A stretch of DNA of 62,145 nt from an uncultured bacterium (GCA_964448115.1 CAYUVA010000023.1:1-62145); one strand, 5' to 3'; positions 48,911 to 62,145 are shown, counted from the stretch's first letter. Made by a program: numbers and translations. Notes: a model not told the origin generated them from the letters alone.

Positions 48911-50602
48911 TTAGATTTCCGGTGGGATTTTGACACCTTTTTGCGCAGCGACCCTTCTAGCTAGTTCGTACCCGGCATCCGCGTGTCGAGCTATGCCCAT
49001 TCCTGGGTCTGTAGTGAGCACCCTCCTGAGCCTTTCTTCGCGCTTGTTGGTGCCGTCTGCGACGATGACCACCCCGGCGTGAAGCGCATTGCCGATGCCG
49101 ACTCCGCCGCCATTGTGGAAGCTGACCCAGCTAGCGCCGTTCACCGCATTTACCGCGAAGTTGAGCAGCGGCCAGTCAGCCACAGCATCGGAGCCATCGA
49201 GCATCCCCTCGGTCTCCCGGTTGGGCGATGCCACGGAGCCGGTGTCGAGATGATCCCTGCCGATGACGATTGGTGCTTTGACCTTGCCTTGAGCAATAAG
49301 CCTGTTTATCTCCATGCCGAATTTCGCCCTATCGCCGTATCCGAGCCAGCAGACCCTGGTCGGCAAGCCAATAAACGGCACTCGTTCGCTGGCAAGCCTT
49401 ATCCAGCGCGCTAATGCCTCATCCTGTGGAAATACCTCGAGCAATCTTTTATCAATGGTGTGGATATCAGCAGGATCGCCAGACAGTGCAGCCCAGCGAA
49501 ATGGTCCCTTGCCCCGGCAGAAAAGGGGACGGATGTAGGCAGGGACGAAGCCGGGGAACCTGAACTGACCATCATCCCTGCGGACATTCAATCCACCAAG
49601 CTCCGCTTGTGCTCGTATATTATTGCCGTAATCGAAGACCACAGCTCCCTTTTGCTGCATGGCTTGCATAGCATCGACATGTTTGACTATCGACTCCAGG
49701 GAGAGCTTTTTATATTGCTCTATATCCTTTTCTCGCAGCCCATCCAGCCAATTAAGGTCGCCGATAGGCACATAGCTCGACAGGTCGTGCGCCGAGGTCT
49801 GATCGGTAACGATATCAGGTATCCTGTCCATCTTGACCAGGGCGGGGTATATCTCGGCGGCGTTTCCGACCAGCCCGACGCTCAATCCGACCTTGCGTTT
49901 AGTGGCATCATCTATCCAGCGCAGAGCCTCATCGAGCTTATATGTCATCTTGTCGCAGAAACCCTCGTCAACCTTGCGTTTGATCCGTTCGGGTCTCACC
50001 TCTACCACCAGTATGGCAGCATCGTTCATAGCGCCCGCCATTGGTTGCGCTCCGCTCATGGCGCCCATGCCGGCGGTTAGGATGAACTTGCCGGCAAGCG
50101 AGCTGGTTGCAAAGTCCTTCTTTCCGACGGCGGCGAATGTCTCATAAGTGCCCTGCAAGATCCCTTGCGTGCCTATGTATATCCAGCTTCCTGCGGTCAT
50201 CTGCCCGTACATCATCAGCCCCTGTCGGTCAAGCTCATCGAAGTAATCCTGGGTTGACCATTTGGGCACCAGGTTGGAGTTGGCAATGATAACGCGCGGG
50301 GCTTCGGGGTGGGTGGGGGCGATATAGACCGGTTTTCCCGACTGTACGCAGAGGGTCTCGTCCTCGCTGAGGGACTTTAGCGCATCCAGAATCCGACGGT
50401 ATTCCTTCCAGTTGCGCGCAGCCCTGCCGCTTCCGCCGTAAACGATAAGCTCATCAGCATTCAGCGCTACATCGGGATCTAGGTTGTTCATCAGCATCCG
50501 CATGGCAGCCTCGGCATCCCAGTTCTTGCAAGCGGTCAGCGAGCTGCCCACCGGCGACTTGATCGACTCCTTTGGCTTGTATTCGTAGTACATCGGTCGC
50601 AT
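48911..50602 (-). CDS. hutU: Urocanate hydratase
   Basis: [62 protein letters not shown]. Confidence 0.98.
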   Translation of the reverse strand: MRPMYYEYKPKESIKSPVGSSLTACKNWDAEAAMRMLMNNLDPDVALNADELIVYGGSGRAARNWKEYRRILDALKSLSEDETLCVQSGKPVYIAPTHPEAPRVIIANSNLVPKWSTQDYFDELDRQGLMMYGQMTAGSWIYIGTQGILQGTYETFAAVGKKDFATSSLAGKFILTAGMGAMSGAQPMAGAMNDAAILVVEVRPERIKRKVDEGFCDKMTYKLDEALRWIDDATKRKVGLSVGLVGNAAEIYPALVKMDRIPDIVTDQTSAHDLSSYVPIGDLNWLDGLREKDIEQYKKLSLESIVKHVDAMQAMQQKGAVVFDYGNNIRAQAELGGLNVRRDDGQFRFPGFVPAYIRPLFCRGKGPFRWAALSGDPADIHTIDKRLLEVFPQDEALARWIRLASERVPFIGLPTRVCWLGYGDRAKFGMEINRLIAQGKVKAPIVIGRDHLDTGSVASPNRETEGMLDGSDAVADWPLLNFAVNAVNGASWVSFHNGGGVGIGNALHAGVVIVADGTNKREERLRRVLTTDPGMGIARHADAGYELARRVAAQKGVKIPPEI

Positions 50603-50608
50603 ATCGTA

Positions 50609-50959
50609 TTACCTCGCATCTTTTTCTAGCTTTAATAGTATTTCTTGTATTTTAGGTCTTATCTCGGGAAGATTTATCGTTATAGCATCCCAGATCATAT
50701 TATCGTCGATACCCCAATAAAAATGAATGATTCTATCCCTCATACCAGCTATTTTTTTCCAGGGGATGTCTTGGTAATTGTCCTTAAATTCTTTGGGAAT
50801 TTTCTTAATTGCCTCTCCAATGATTTCTAAATTGAAATATATGGATTGCTTAGTCTTTAGATCATTTTTAAACTCTTCCTTATCCATTCCTTTGATAAAT
50901 TCCTGTACAGTGTCAATAGCCAAAAGTATATCCTTAAAGTAGATTTTAATATTTCTCAC
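50609..50959 (-). CDS. HEPN (DUF86/HepT-like) toxin
   Basis: LEIIGEAIKKI...IPWKKIAGMRDRIIHFYW (Rx4HxY); visibly AT-rich. Confidence 0.93.
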   Translation of the reverse strand: MRNIKIYFKDILLAIDTVQEFIKGMDKEEFKNDLKTKQSIYFNLEIIGEAIKKIPKEFKDNYQDIPWKKIAGMRDRIIHFYWGIDDNMIWDAITINLPEIRPKIQEILLKLEKDAR

Positions 50960-51255
50960 AAGTATAATGCCTCGCTAAGGATATTTTCTTTAAGCTCTTC
51001 TCGTATATTCTTTTGAGGAATTACATCGACCTTGCAGCCGAAGTGTTCCTCCAGGTCCGCGGCTATTCCGCAAAGATCGAACAAGCTAGCGCCTTGGTGG
51101 ATCTCTATCAGCACATCGAGGTCGCTCTGCTTGCTTTGCTCTCCACGCACAACCGAACCGAAGACGCCGAGTATGCTTATCTTGTATTTTTCCTTAGCGT
51201 CCTTGTTGAACTCCCGCAGCTCATCAAGGATCTGTTCTAAAGACATCCTCAGCAT
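50956..51255 (-). CDS. Minimal nucleotidyltransferase (MNT/MntA-like) antitoxin
   Basis: GVFGSVVRGEQSKQSDLDVL (GS-x10-DxD)...LEEHFGCKVDV; overlaps the HEPN gene. Confidence 0.93.
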   Translation of the reverse strand: MLRMSLEQILDELREFNKDAKEKYKISILGVFGSVVRGEQSKQSDLDVLIEIHQGASLFDLCGIAADLEEHFGCKVDVIPQKNIREELKENILSEALYL

Positions 51256-51264
51256 CGATTTGTT

Positions 51265-51290
51265 CTTTGTGCCTTTGTGGTTAAAAAGCC
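51265..51290 (-). repeat. Dispersed repeat copy between the giant gene and MNT-HEPN
   Basis: Minus strand GGCTTTTTAACCACAAAGGCACAAAG. Confidence 0.6.
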
Positions 51291-51296
51291 TCAAGC

Positions 51297-54200
51297 CTAT
51301 TGCACAATTGTCAGGTATGGCCAGATGAGGCTCGAGTTGCCGCTATGATCCACCGCCTCTAGCTCGAGCAGGTATGTGCCGGCTGTGCCCTCCAAGCCCC
51401 CAGCGGGCAGATCGATCTTCAAGCCGAACACGCAGTCGCCAGCGCCGAAATCATTGTTCATCCCATTATCTAATAGCCTCAAGCCAGTATCCATCTGCCC
51501 GAACAGAACTCGAACCTCCTTGACATCGCTACAGCCATCCGCATCGGTGATATAAGCCAGCAATGTGAATGTGCCGCCGGTAAGCTCATATATCTCGGTG
51601 AAGTAATAACCACCCAGGGCGACTGCCGGGATGCCGGAGCCTTTGGAATAGCCATGAATCAACATCCTGCTAAGTAACCGCCAGTCGTCAATGGTATCCT
51701 CGGCGGGCAGAGAATAAGTCGTGTAAGCCTCCTCTTCGCCACTTAGGATGCTGAGGTATGGCCAAAGGGTGCTTTGGTCGTTAGCCTCGTTGAATGCTTT
51801 AAGCTCGAGCAGATACTGTCCAGGGGGCGCGCCAGAGCCTATGTCGGCATCGAAGGTAAATATCCCGACCACCGGATCAGTCCTGGTCAAGGTGATGCCA
51901 GTCGGAGCGCCGCTAAAGTACATATCGACCTTGTCGATGCGGTATCCCTTCAGATCAGATGCCCAGGCGAGCATGGACAGGTGTCCCCCAGTGGAGGTGC
52001 TAATCTGGGTGTTCATATAACCAGCTAGCAGAATAAATGGCTTGCCGAAGGGCGTACTAGTCGGAGTCTCGGTCGGAGTCGGCGATCGGGTAATGGTCGA
52101 TGTCGGGGTGGCGGTCTCGGTCTTTGTAGGAGTCGAGGTGGGCACTGTGGGGGTGCTAGACGGAGTAAAGGTCGCCGTGGATGTAGGCACGATGGTCGGG
52201 GTTGAGGTGCTGGTCGGGGTTGCCGACGGTAGGCTGGTCGGGGTCCTGGTCGGGGTGGCGGTCGGCAATCCAGTCGGGGTGTTGGTCGGAGTCGGTCGAT
52301 AGATTATCATCGCATCCGGCACAGCCGGCGGAGATTCCTCGTTGCCTACATTATCGTAGCCTAGGGAGTAAAACTCGTAGGTGCCATAATTGCTGTGATC
52401 ATCAACATAAAATGTTACCGGGCTTACCGTGTAGATGCCTGGATAGGCGACCCAATACGAGGCTGCGTAGTTGTAGTAAACCTTGATATGGCTGAAGCCG
52501 GAGCCTTCCTCGCTCCACTGGAAGGGAAGCTCGATCACCGGTTCATAAGTATATTCGGGCAGGCTCGATATACTGGTATCGGGCGCGCTGGCATCCTGAG
52601 TGGAGCTTACGATATTGGACCAATCACTTCGAGCATCCGAGGCGTTGCGAGCCTTGACCCTGGCATAATATGTGCCTCCGTCGCTTAGTCCGCAGAATTG
52701 ATGATAGACCTGGGCAATCCAGCCACTGTCATCGAAAATGACCGTGAAGTTTGAATCAAAGGCGGTCTGCACAAGATACTCTACCGCTCCGCTTTCGCTC
52801 TCATCGCTCCAGTAGAATGTATTGCAGATACCCTTAGTGAATGGAGGTTCATCTTGCATCACCGGTATGTTCGGTGCGGTCGGGGTGCTGGTGGGGGTCA
52901 TGCTAGGGGTGGTGGTAAGAGTTGCGGTCGGAGTGGTCGATGGTGTTGATGATGGCGTCGCCGTAGCGGTTGGAGTCATGGTTGGAGTCATGGTGGCAGT
53001 GGGGGTCTGAGTCGCTGTCTGCGATGGGGTTAGGGTTGGTGTCATGCTCGGTGTCGGCGTGCTAGTTGGGATGACGGTCGGTGAGGCTGTTGCGGTGCAT
53101 GTCGGCGTCCTGGTCGGTGTCGGTGTCCTGGTAGGGGACCCGGTGCAGGTCGAGGTCGGCAGCATGGTGGCGGTTCCTGTCGGGGTGAGCGTTGCGGTTG
53201 ATGTTGGCAAAGGAGTATGCGTCGATGTCGGCGAGTAGGTCGGCGTGTTGCTCGGAGATGCGGTTGCGGTCGTGGTCGGGCTGAAGGTCGGCGTATTGGT
53301 AGCCGTTGGAGTACGAGTTACCGTCGGCGTATTGGTGGGCACAATGGTAGGTGTATTGGTAGGCGTGCGGCTCGGCTTTATAGTAGGAGTGGAGGTCGGC
53401 GTGGTGGTTGGCGTATCGGTCGGGGTGTGGGTTGCGGTCGGCGTGGCAGTCAGCTCCAGCACCTGCACATCATAATAAACATCATGCCCCCAGGAACCAT
53501 CCTGCGACTCAACCAACAGGTAGTAAGTGCCACTGATGGGGGCGAAATGGCTCACCTTGGAGGATTTATCTCCAGCCATAACATCGTTGTTATCAGCAAC
53601 TAAGACCATGCCTGGATTATAAAGATAAAGATGCGTGTCTGTAATCGGGCTTAAGCCGGAGGTCCAGACATCATATACCTTTCTTGATATCCCATCGAAG
53701 TAGTGCCAATCCTTATCCGGCTCGGCGCCTATTGGTGGGCAGAAGTAATGATGCGCCAAGGTGCCATCGGTCGATATCCATTTAGCAGTCTGGAATGTAT
53801 TATCCAATTCCCAGGTATCATCGTTGGAGCAAGGAGTACCAGTCGGTGTTACCGTTGGTGTAAAAGTAGGTGTAGTAGTCGGGGTGTTGGTCGGGGTATC
53901 GGTCCATGTCGATGTCGGTGTTTGGGTTATTGTCGGTGTTTTGGTGCTCGAAGGCGTCATGGATGGGGTTGAGGTCTCCGTAGCGGTTGGCGTTGCTGAT
54001 GGAGTGCTGCTCGGGGTGGTAGTCGGCGTGCTCGATGGTGCTGCGGTCGCTGTGCTGGTTGGTGTGTTGGTTGCGGTTGGGGTTTTGGTTATTGTCATGG
54101 TCGGTGTCAGGCTAGGGGTAAGGGTGGGGCTGCTGGTTGCAATGTCGGTCGGGGTAGAGCTAGGTGTCAAGGTCGGTGTGTTGGTGGTTGTTGGGGTATT

Positions 54201-56210
54201 AGTGGCAGTTGGGGTGCTGGTCGGAGACCATTGTACCACTGTAAAGTTATAGTAAGCTGTATGCCCCCACCTCAAGTTCATCGAGGTTATCATCACATGA
54301 TAGAAATCGGTGCTGCTGAAGGTGTACTCCAGATATGATGCGGCAGGCTCACCAGGGATCTCACCGTTGTTATTGTTGTTATAGCCAAGCGGGGTTGCCT
54401 CCAGGTAAGGTGTGGGAGCGCCAGGTATATGGTACAAGAAAATTGCGGTATCGACCTGCGGACCCAGCTTATCTGTCCACATCGCGTAGGTGTAGTCCGC
54501 ATAGCCCAAAAACTTATGCCAGTCTTCCTCCCTTGCCTCGCAGAGGTAATGGTGTTTTGGATCCGGTTGATTCTCGAAGAATATGTTGCTCGCCTCCCAG
54601 TAGAAATCATCCGGCTCCCATTCATCATCGAAATAACAAGGTGTCGGGGTAGGTGTGCTGGTCGGGGTAGTAGTCGGTGTGCTGGTCGAAGTCGGCGTGT
54701 TGGTCGGGGTTACGCTCGGCCAGTTGGTCGGTGTGCTGGTCGGCGTGTTGGTTGCGGTGCCGGTTGGTGTGCCGGTCGGGGTATCGGTGCTGGTGCCGGT
54801 CGGCGTTGAGCTTGGCAAGGCTGTAGATGTGTGAGTCGGCGTATTGGTCTTGGTCGGGGTGCCGGTCGGTATCATGGTCAGGGTATGGGTGGGAGTCGTG
54901 GTCGGTGTGCTGGTCTCGGTGTGGGTCGGGGTACTGGTCGGGGTTTGTGTATCCGTGTTGGTCGGCGTTAAGGTCGGAGTATGGGTAGGTGTACGGGTCG
55001 AGGTAGGTGAATAGGTTGGAGTCCTGGTTGGAGTATCCGAGGGTGTCCTAGTTGGGGTACCGCTGGGGGTAAAAGTCGGGGTGTCTGTAAAGGTCGGGGT
55101 GCTGGTTGGACTATCAGTGGGAGAGGCGGTATTTGTGTTGGTTGGAGAACGGGTTGGTGTCCTGGTCGGCGTGTCGGTCGGTGTTGAGGTGGGGGTTTGG
55201 GAAGGCGTATCCGATGGGGTCGCTGTGGGAGTGCTGGTAGGCAATGCGGTAAATGTCGCTGTCATAGTTGGCGTATAGGTGGGGCTATTGGTCGGAGTCC
55301 TGGTCGGCGTGTTCGATGCTGTTGAGGTCGGCGTGCTGGTTGGACTCGAAGTAGGTAAACTGGTGGCTGTATCGGTCGGTGTGCTTGTCGGAGTGCTGGT
55401 AGGTGAATTTGTGGCAGTGTTGGTCGGTGAGTTGGTCGGGGTTGTGGTGGGGGTTGTAGTCGGCGTGCCAGTGATAAGTACACACTGTAAATCATAATAC
55501 GATTGCGGTCCCCAGTTGGTTTCTCCATTTTTCGCCCAAATCTTCAAATAATAAGTACCAGCCTCGACAAAACAATACTCCAATAGCGATGCCCTAAGCT
55601 CCACCAGTGGATATGCATCATCGTTCTGCGCCAGCCATAACAAAGGTGGATCGCCACCAACATACTTCCAATAGGTAAATATGGTATCGCTCTTCGGACC
55701 AAGATTGGATGACCATGACTTCCAAGTAGAGTGCTTATTTGCTTCGGTTACATTAATGAACAGCCAATCGTTGTCCGTGGAATGGCAGAAATAATGAAGC
55801 TCCACGCTTCCATCCGGATCCAGGTAGTTCATAACCCCGACCCAGTCATCATCATAACCGGTTGGGTATTCATAAACATCAACCGCATCACAGGGAGTCC
55901 AGCTTGCCGTGGGAGTCAGAGTTGGTGTATTTGTGGGTGTTGTAGTCGGTATAGTTGTATTCGTTGGAGTCGAACTTGGCAGTATGGTGGGATCTGTCTC
56001 CTTGGCGAGTGGAATGCTCCAACCGGTCCCATCCGGTCCCTTTGCTATCTCGGCATAGACCTTCTGCTCTACATCGCTGAAAATGAGATAACCGAAGACT
56101 ACAAGAGCTAACGAGAATGAAAGTGCATAGGCTAATAGTTTGGTTCCTACTGAATTGCCCTTATCATCAGCGAGCTTCATTAACTTACTCTTTCTGTATT
56201 CATCCAACAA
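51297..56210 (-). CDS. Giant surface protein: N-terminal TM/signal, 3 PPC-like beta domains, FN3-like and Ig-like domains, five Pro/Thr/Ser linkers, two C-terminal 'WPYL' domains
   Basis: 1637-aa ORF; repeated PC..D.(Y/W)E.D...HY.C...DW...DT...N(D/N)...S...YY...WG...YY domains; (T/S)PTxT runs; tandem C-terminal ...LLELxA...WPYL. Confidence 0.85.
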   Translation of the reverse strand: MLDEYRKSKLMKLADDKGNSVGTKLLAYALSFSLALVVFGYLIFSDVEQKVYAEIAKGPDGTGWSIPLAKETDPTILPSSTPTNTTIPTTTPTNTPTLTPTASWTPCDAVDVYEYPTGYDDDWVGVMNYLDPDGSVELHYFCHSTDNDWLFINVTEANKHSTWKSWSSNLGPKSDTIFTYWKYVGGDPPLLWLAQNDDAYPLVELRASLLEYCFVEAGTYYLKIWAKNGETNWGPQSYYDLQCVLITGTPTTTPTTTPTNSPTNTATNSPTSTPTSTPTDTATSLPTSSPTSTPTSTASNTPTRTPTNSPTYTPTMTATFTALPTSTPTATPSDTPSQTPTSTPTDTPTRTPTRSPTNTNTASPTDSPTSTPTFTDTPTFTPSGTPTRTPSDTPTRTPTYSPTSTRTPTHTPTLTPTNTDTQTPTSTPTHTETSTPTTTPTHTLTMIPTGTPTKTNTPTHTSTALPSSTPTGTSTDTPTGTPTGTATNTPTSTPTNWPSVTPTNTPTSTSTPTTTPTSTPTPTPCYFDDEWEPDDFYWEASNIFFENQPDPKHHYLCEAREEDWHKFLGYADYTYAMWTDKLGPQVDTAIFLYHIPGAPTPYLEATPLGYNNNNNGEIPGEPAASYLEYTFSSTDFYHVMITSMNLRWGHTAYYNFTVVQWSPTSTPTATNTPTTTNTPTLTPSSTPTDIATSSPTLTPSLTPTMTITKTPTATNTPTSTATAAPSSTPTTTPSSTPSATPTATETSTPSMTPSSTKTPTITQTPTSTWTDTPTNTPTTTPTFTPTVTPTGTPCSNDDTWELDNTFQTAKWISTDGTLAHHYFCPPIGAEPDKDWHYFDGISRKVYDVWTSGLSPITDTHLYLYNPGMVLVADNNDVMAGDKSSKVSHFAPISGTYYLLVESQDGSWGHDVYYDVQVLELTATPTATHTPTDTPTTTPTSTPTIKPSRTPTNTPTIVPTNTPTVTRTPTATNTPTFSPTTTATASPSNTPTYSPTSTHTPLPTSTATLTPTGTATMLPTSTCTGSPTRTPTPTRTPTCTATASPTVIPTSTPTPSMTPTLTPSQTATQTPTATMTPTMTPTATATPSSTPSTTPTATLTTTPSMTPTSTPTAPNIPVMQDEPPFTKGICNTFYWSDESESGAVEYLVQTAFDSNFTVIFDDSGWIAQVYHQFCGLSDGGTYYARVKARNASDARSDWSNIVSSTQDASAPDTSISSLPEYTYEPVIELPFQWSEEGSGFSHIKVYYNYAASYWVAYPGIYTVSPVTFYVDDHSNYGTYEFYSLGYDNVGNEESPPAVPDAMIIYRPTPTNTPTGLPTATPTRTPTSLPSATPTSTSTPTIVPTSTATFTPSSTPTVPTSTPTKTETATPTSTITRSPTPTETPTSTPFGKPFILLAGYMNTQISTSTGGHLSMLAWASDLKGYRIDKVDMYFSGAPTGITLTRTDPVVGIFTFDADIGSGAPPGQYLLELKAFNEANDQSTLWPYLSILSGEEEAYTTYSLPAEDTIDDWRLLSRMLIHGYSKGSGIPAVALGGYYFTEIYELTGGTFTLLAYITDADGCSDVKEVRVLFGQMDTGLRLLDNGMNNDFGAGDCVFGLKIDLPAGGLEGTAGTYLLELEAVDHSGNSSLIWPYLTIVQ

Positions 56211-56279
56211 TAAACTATATCAGTATAGTACAAAAAGCAATCATCTTGTTAAGGTAGCTTTTATATATAACATTCATTC

Positions 56280-56618
56280 TCAGTTGCCGGAGTTTACTCG
56301 GTTGCTCAAGAATTCCAAGTATGACAGGGCGTTTTTTCGCTCCTCCTCGCTAAGTTGCCTGAATTTTTTCAAGAACTCCAGGATCTCCCTGTCCAAAAGG
56401 AAATCCTGCACACCGATATCCTCGCTGAGTCCTAGCAGGTAATCAGTGCTCACATTCAGGGTCTGTGCCAGGGTTGCTAGTGCCTTTGATGTCGGCGTTC
56501 TCACCCCGCTCTCGAACTGGGAGATGGCTGCCGGGGTAACCTTCAGCGCCCTGGCAAGCTGAGCCTGACTCATCTTCTGCCTCATTCTCAGCTTTCTGAT
56601 CCTTTTGCCGATATCCAT
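56280..56618 (-). CDS. XRE-family HTH transcriptional regulator
   Basis: IGKRIRKLR...MSQAQLARAL.VTPAAISQFESG.RTP...LA.TLNVSTDYLLG; GGAGG RBS before ATG 56618. Confidence 0.95.
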   Translation of the reverse strand: MDIGKRIRKLRMRQKMSQAQLARALKVTPAAISQFESGVRTPTSKALATLAQTLNVSTDYLLGLSEDIGVQDFLLDREILEFLKKFRQLSEEERKNALSYLEFLSNRVNSGN

Positions 56619-56826
56619 AGCTAACACCTCCATGGAATTTTATTTAGGGTTATTGCTCCTTTGACAGATCTATGCTGCCTTCTTTTTCACATTTTGTAAT
56701 AAAAACTCGCCGCCAGGTAGTTATCGCATCTGTCCAGGGGGGAACGCTTTCTTTCTCGTTTAATACCGTTGTCAATTACATCCTCTCCTACAATCGGGAT
56801 CCGCTTCAATCAACTCTTACAATAGT

Positions 56827-56855
56827 AATATATAACCTTTTGTTAGTTTTGTCAA
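56827..56855 (-). promoter_or_regulatory. Promoter of the XRE gene, with an operator-like site in the spacer
   Basis: Minus strand TTGACA-N17-TATATT; TAAC-N5-GTTA at 56833-56845. Confidence 0.65.
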
Positions 56856-56897
56856 GACCAAACTTACATTAAATACAAGTAAACACTGAACATGCTA

Positions 56898-56956
56898 TTG
56901 ACAGGAAGTTAACAAAGTGTTATATTAAAGGTAGAGGGGTTAACATAAAGTTAACC
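56898..56956 (+). promoter_or_regulatory. Promoter of the prkA operon, with two operator-like sites
   Basis: TTGACA(56898)-N17-TATATT(56921); GTTAAC-N5-GTTATA at 56908-56924; perfect IR GGTTAAC-N5-GTTAACC at 56938-56956. Confidence 0.7.
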
Positions 56957-56980
56957 TTAGAAACAGGGAGGTGAGCAGCT

Positions 56981-59020
<2,040 letters not shown>

Positions 59021-59056
59021 GGATGCTTTGAATCATGAAGCAAGGAGGTGATCTCT

Positions 59057-60160
59057 ATGACAATGAAGATAGAACAAGACCATCAGCGCTTCCGCCAGAT
59101 AGTAAAGGGTCAGATCAAGAAGGAGTTGGCAAAGTATATCACCAAGTCGGAGCTTATCGGCAAGCAGGGCAAGAACCTGGTCAGCATTCCCATCCCCTTC
59201 ATAGAGATCCCTCATTTTAGATACGGACACAAACAGACCGGCGGCGTTGGACAGGGCAAGGGCGAGCCGGGAGATCCACTCGCTAAGGGTGATGAAGAGC
59301 AAGGCATTGGCAAGGCTGGCGATCTGCCCGGAGAGCATATCTTGGAGGTGGAGCTGACCATCGACGAGCTGGCAGCCATCCTCGGCGAGACACTGGAGCT
59401 GCCCAACATCCACCCCAAGGGCAAGAAGAACATCACCACCATCAAGTACAAGTACAACACCATCCGCACCACCGGTCCCGAATCCCTGCGCCACTTCAAG
59501 CGAACCTACAAGGAAGCGCTCAAGCGACAGATCATGACCGGCGCCTATTTTTACGAGAGACCAAGGGTCACCCCGGTCAAGGAGGACAAACGCTATCGCT
59601 CATTCAGCGAGCTTCCTATTCCGGAGGCGAGCGCGGTAATATTCTACATAATGGATGTCAGCGGCTCTATGGGGGATGAGCAGAAGGAGCTGGTGCGCAT
59701 CGAGAGCTTCTGGATCGATACCTGGCTTCGCTCCCAGTACAAGAACATCGAGATCCGCTACCTAGTGCACGATGCAGCCGCCAAGGAGGTTGATCGCGAC
59801 ACCTTCTATCACCTTCGCGAATCCGGCGGAACGCGCATAAGCAGCGCTTACGAGCTTTGCTACAAGATCATAGACCATTATTACCCTGTTTCGCAGTGGA
59901 ATATCTACGCCTTCCAGTTCAGCGACGGGGACAACTGGGGTGATGACAACAAAAGCTGCACCAATCTATTGACTCAATACTTGCTCCCCTTACTTAACAT
60001 GCTCGGCTACGGACAGGTGAAGAGCCACTTTGGCAGCGGCGATTTCATCAAGCTCCTCGAACCTTTGGCTGAGAAGCATACAAACCTGTTGCTGAGCAAG
60101 ATTGACTCCAAGGAACAGATTATCGACAGCATCAAGACATTTCTCTCCAAGGGGCTGTAG
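59057..60160 (+). CDS. yeaH: YeaH/YhbH (DUF444) vWA-domain protein
   Basis: [38 protein letters not shown]; follows prkA. Confidence 0.94.
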   Translation: MTMKIEQDHQRFRQIVKGQIKKELAKYITKSELIGKQGKNLVSIPIPFIEIPHFRYGHKQTGGVGQGKGEPGDPLAKGDEEQGIGKAGDLPGEHILEVELTIDELAAILGETLELPNIHPKGKKNITTIKYKYNTIRTTGPESLRHFKRTYKEALKRQIMTGAYFYERPRVTPVKEDKRYRSFSELPIPEASAVIFYIMDVSGSMGDEQKELVRIESFWIDTWLRSQYKNIEIRYLVHDAAAKEVDRDTFYHLRESGGTRISSAYELCYKIIDHYYPVSQWNIYAFQFSDGDNWGDDNKSCTNLLTQYLLPLLNMLGYGQVKSHFGSGDFIKLLEPLAEKHTNLLLSKIDSKEQIIDSIKTFLSKGL

Positions 60161-60340
60161 CTATGGGCATGACTACATATACAGCTCGATACCTCCTTTC
60201 AAGCCATGATGCGGGTGGAGCGCCACACCTCCTCCCTGAAGACTATTTCAACACCGCTTCACCCGCATCGAACAAAGGTTGTGTCTCTGATAATAAGTGG
60301 TGGTGGCTCCTTATGCTCTACCTGAGAAGAATTCTTTGCT

Positions 60341-60404
60341 CTCTGTGCCATTGTGGCTTTATGGTAAAAAAACCTCCAACCCTCAACCCTCAAGACTCAA
60401 GCCT
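60341..60404. repeat. Degenerate dispersed repeat plus tandem heptamers
   Basis: CTCTGTGCCATTGTGGCTTTATGGTAAAA, then CAACCCT CAACCCT CAAGACT CAAGCCT (60377-60404). Confidence 0.5.
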
Positions 60405-60421
60405 AACAAGGGGGTGATGAG

Positions 60422-61924
60422 ATGACACTTAGCATGGAATTGGAAAAGGCAAGGAAAAAAATAGAGCGTTATGCAAATGATTATGGACTGGATTTCTATC
60501 CTGTCATCTTCGAGGTTATCACCTACAAACAGATGAACGCCATAGCCAGCTACTCTGGATTCCCCACCCGCTATCCGCACTGGCGCTTCGGCATGGAATA
60601 CGAGCGGATGCATAAGGGTTATGCCTACGGGCTGCACAAGATATACGAGATGGTGATCAACAACAATCCCTGCTATGCGTACCTGCTTGAGAGCAATAAC
60701 CTGGTGGATCAGAAGCTGGTCATGGCGCATGTCTATGCCCACTGCGACTTTTTCAAGAACAACCTTTACTTCAGCCATACAAACAGGAAGATGCTCGACC
60801 AGATGGCTAACCATGGAGCGCAGATACGGCGCTATATCCATCGCCTGGGTAGGGATAAGGTGGAACACTTCATCGACAAGGCTCTCTCCATAGAGAATCT
60901 CATCGATATAATGTCCCCCTTTATACAGCGAGGATACGATAAAAGGGCAAGGTACGATGAAAAAGACGATGATGAAGAGAAGTCCGAAGCGATGCGCTTC
61001 GATGCCAAGGATTATATGGATCGCTTCATAAATCCTAAAAAGCCTAGGGTTACAACTAAGCAAGGGGCTGATGATGAAGATAATAGCCCTGATCCACCAT
61101 CTCGATTCCCTTCCGAACCTGCCAGGGATGTCCTGCTATTTCTTATAAACTATGCGCCGCTAGCCAACTGGGAGCGACATATCCTATCCATCATCCGCGA
61201 GGAGAGCTATTACTTTGCGCCGCAAGGGCAGACCAAGATAATGAACGAGGGGTGGGCGACCTTCTGGCACTCCAAGATAATGACCGAACGAGCCTTGACC
61301 GATGCTGAGATAATCGACTATGCGGATCATCACTCCGGCACCGTAGCCACCGCGCCTGGAAGGCTGAATCCCTATAAATTGGGGCTTGAGCTGTTTCGGG
61401 ATATCGAGGATCGCTGGAACAAGGGGAAATTCGGGCTTGATTACGAACGCTGTGAGGATATGAAGACCAAGAAAGCCTGGGATAAAGGGCTGGGGCTTGG
61501 CATCAGTAAGATCTTCGAGGTGAGAAGGATACACAACGATGTTACCTTTCTCGATGAGTTCCTCACCGAGGAGTTCATAAGGGATCAGATGCTTTTCACT
61601 TACAAATATGACAGCAAGCAGAATCTATGGGTGATAGACTCGAGAGAATTCGCCAAAGTGAAGAAGAAGCTGCTTTTCAGCCTTACCAATGCAGGGCGTC
61701 CTGAGATAGTGGTCGAGGATGGAAACTACCACAACCGCGGCGAGCTTTACCTGCGCCATATAAACGCCGAGTATAGCCTTGATATACCAAAGGCGATGGA
61801 CACGCTGCGCAATGTCGAGTTCTTCTGGCGCCGCCCCGTGCACCTGGAGACCCTGGTCGATGGCAACACGACCCTGTTTAGCTGTAACAAAGGTGAGATA
61901 GAGGAGCAAAGTATCCAGACATAA
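60422..61924 (+). CDS. spoVR: SpoVR/YcgB family protein
   Basis: GFPTRYPHWRFG, IYEMVINNNPCYAYL, AHVYAHCDFFKNN, YFAPQGQTKIMNEGWATFWH, NPYKLG. Confidence 0.96.
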   Translation: MTLSMELEKARKKIERYANDYGLDFYPVIFEVITYKQMNAIASYSGFPTRYPHWRFGMEYERMHKGYAYGLHKIYEMVINNNPCYAYLLESNNLVDQKLVMAHVYAHCDFFKNNLYFSHTNRKMLDQMANHGAQIRRYIHRLGRDKVEHFIDKALSIENLIDIMSPFIQRGYDKRARYDEKDDDEEKSEAMRFDAKDYMDRFINPKKPRVTTKQGADDEDNSPDPPSRFPSEPARDVLLFLINYAPLANWERHILSIIREESYYFAPQGQTKIMNEGWATFWHSKIMTERALTDAEIIDYADHHSGTVATAPGRLNPYKLGLELFRDIEDRWNKGKFGLDYERCEDMKTKKAWDKGLGLGISKIFEVRRIHNDVTFLDEFLTEEFIRDQMLFTYKYDSKQNLWVIDSREFAKVKKKLLFSLTNAGRPEIVVEDGNYHNRGELYLRHINAEYSLDIPKAMDTLRNVEFFWRRPVHLETLVDGNTTLFSCNKGEIEEQSIQT

Positions 61925-62044
61925 GTCTGAGCGAATAATCATACTCCATACCGAGTTCCTCACTGGCTTGCGCCAGGCTCACAAGTAATGACATCTTCAC
62001 CCTCTCCATAACCCTAGTTGCCATAAACGACATAGATAACTCTA

Positions 62045-62145
62045 CTACTCTAGGATGTTCAGGTATGGCCAGAGAAGGCTATCTCTGCCACAAATATCAT
62101 GAGCCACTAGCTCGAAAAGAAAAACCCCCGGCAGCACAGTAAAAT
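62045..62145 (-). CDS. 3' end of a gene ending in the 'WPYL' domain; partial at right edge, not in the ORF track
   Basis: Manual translation from 62143: FTVLPGVFLFELVAHDICGRDSLLWPYLNILE* (TAG TAG), matching the C-terminus of the 1637-aa protein. Confidence 0.8.
   Translation of the reverse strand, partial: FTVLPGVFLFELVAHDICGRDSLLWPYLNILE

Noticed and set aside
52042-55497. Many plus-strand ORFs rich in VGVLVGV, and a strongly periodic GT-rich DNA tract that could be taken for a CRISPR or satellite array
   Set aside because: These are the antisense shadow of the Pro/Thr linkers of the 1637-aa minus-strand gene; there is no constant repeat-unique spacer structure and no cas gene.
56280-56980. 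Prophage immunity region (XRE plus divergent promoters)
   Set aside because: No integrase, cro-like gene, or phage replication or structural genes; the divergent operon is prkA-yeaH-spoVR.
60383-61063. 226-aa minus-strand ORF and similar antisense ORFs over prkA/yeaH/spoVR, hutU and priA
   Set aside because: They overlap well-supported conserved genes on the opposite strand and carry no motifs.

Overview
A 62-kb, gene-dense bacterial chromosomal segment, probably from a diderm (it carries an LPS heptosyltransferase, Wzm/Wzt and an ArnC-like gene). Its gene content (DUF4388 protein, Hanks kinases, giant Pro/Thr-linker surface protein) suggests an uncultured or candidate-phylum lineage; this is inference. 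The backbone is housekeeping: rplS-rnhB-yraN, priA, recJ, rpmB, trpS, gap-tpiA, hsp20, glyQ-glyS-ppdK, waaC, hutU. Accessory elements are interspersed. (i) A tightly coupled minus-strand operon: Ser/Thr kinase-pentapeptide fusion, then a Schlafen/AlbA_2-GHKL-like protein, then an orphan ParA-type ATPase (candidate defence or stress system). (ii) HicAB and MNT-HEPN toxin-antitoxin pairs. (iii) A 1637-aa surface protein ending in two tandem copies of a ~100-aa domain that terminates in 'LLELxAxxxxxxxSxxWPYLxI'. The same terminal motif ends a second gene cut by the right edge (absent from the ORF track), pointing to a lineage-specific C-terminal sorting/anchoring domain. (iv) An XRE repressor divergent from prkA-yeaH-spoVR, with two back-to-back TTGACA-N17-TATATT promoters and three TAAC-N5-GTTA operator-like sites. 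(v) Several families of degenerate intergenic REP-like repeats. No rRNA, tRNA, CRISPR array, integrase or transposase was seen.
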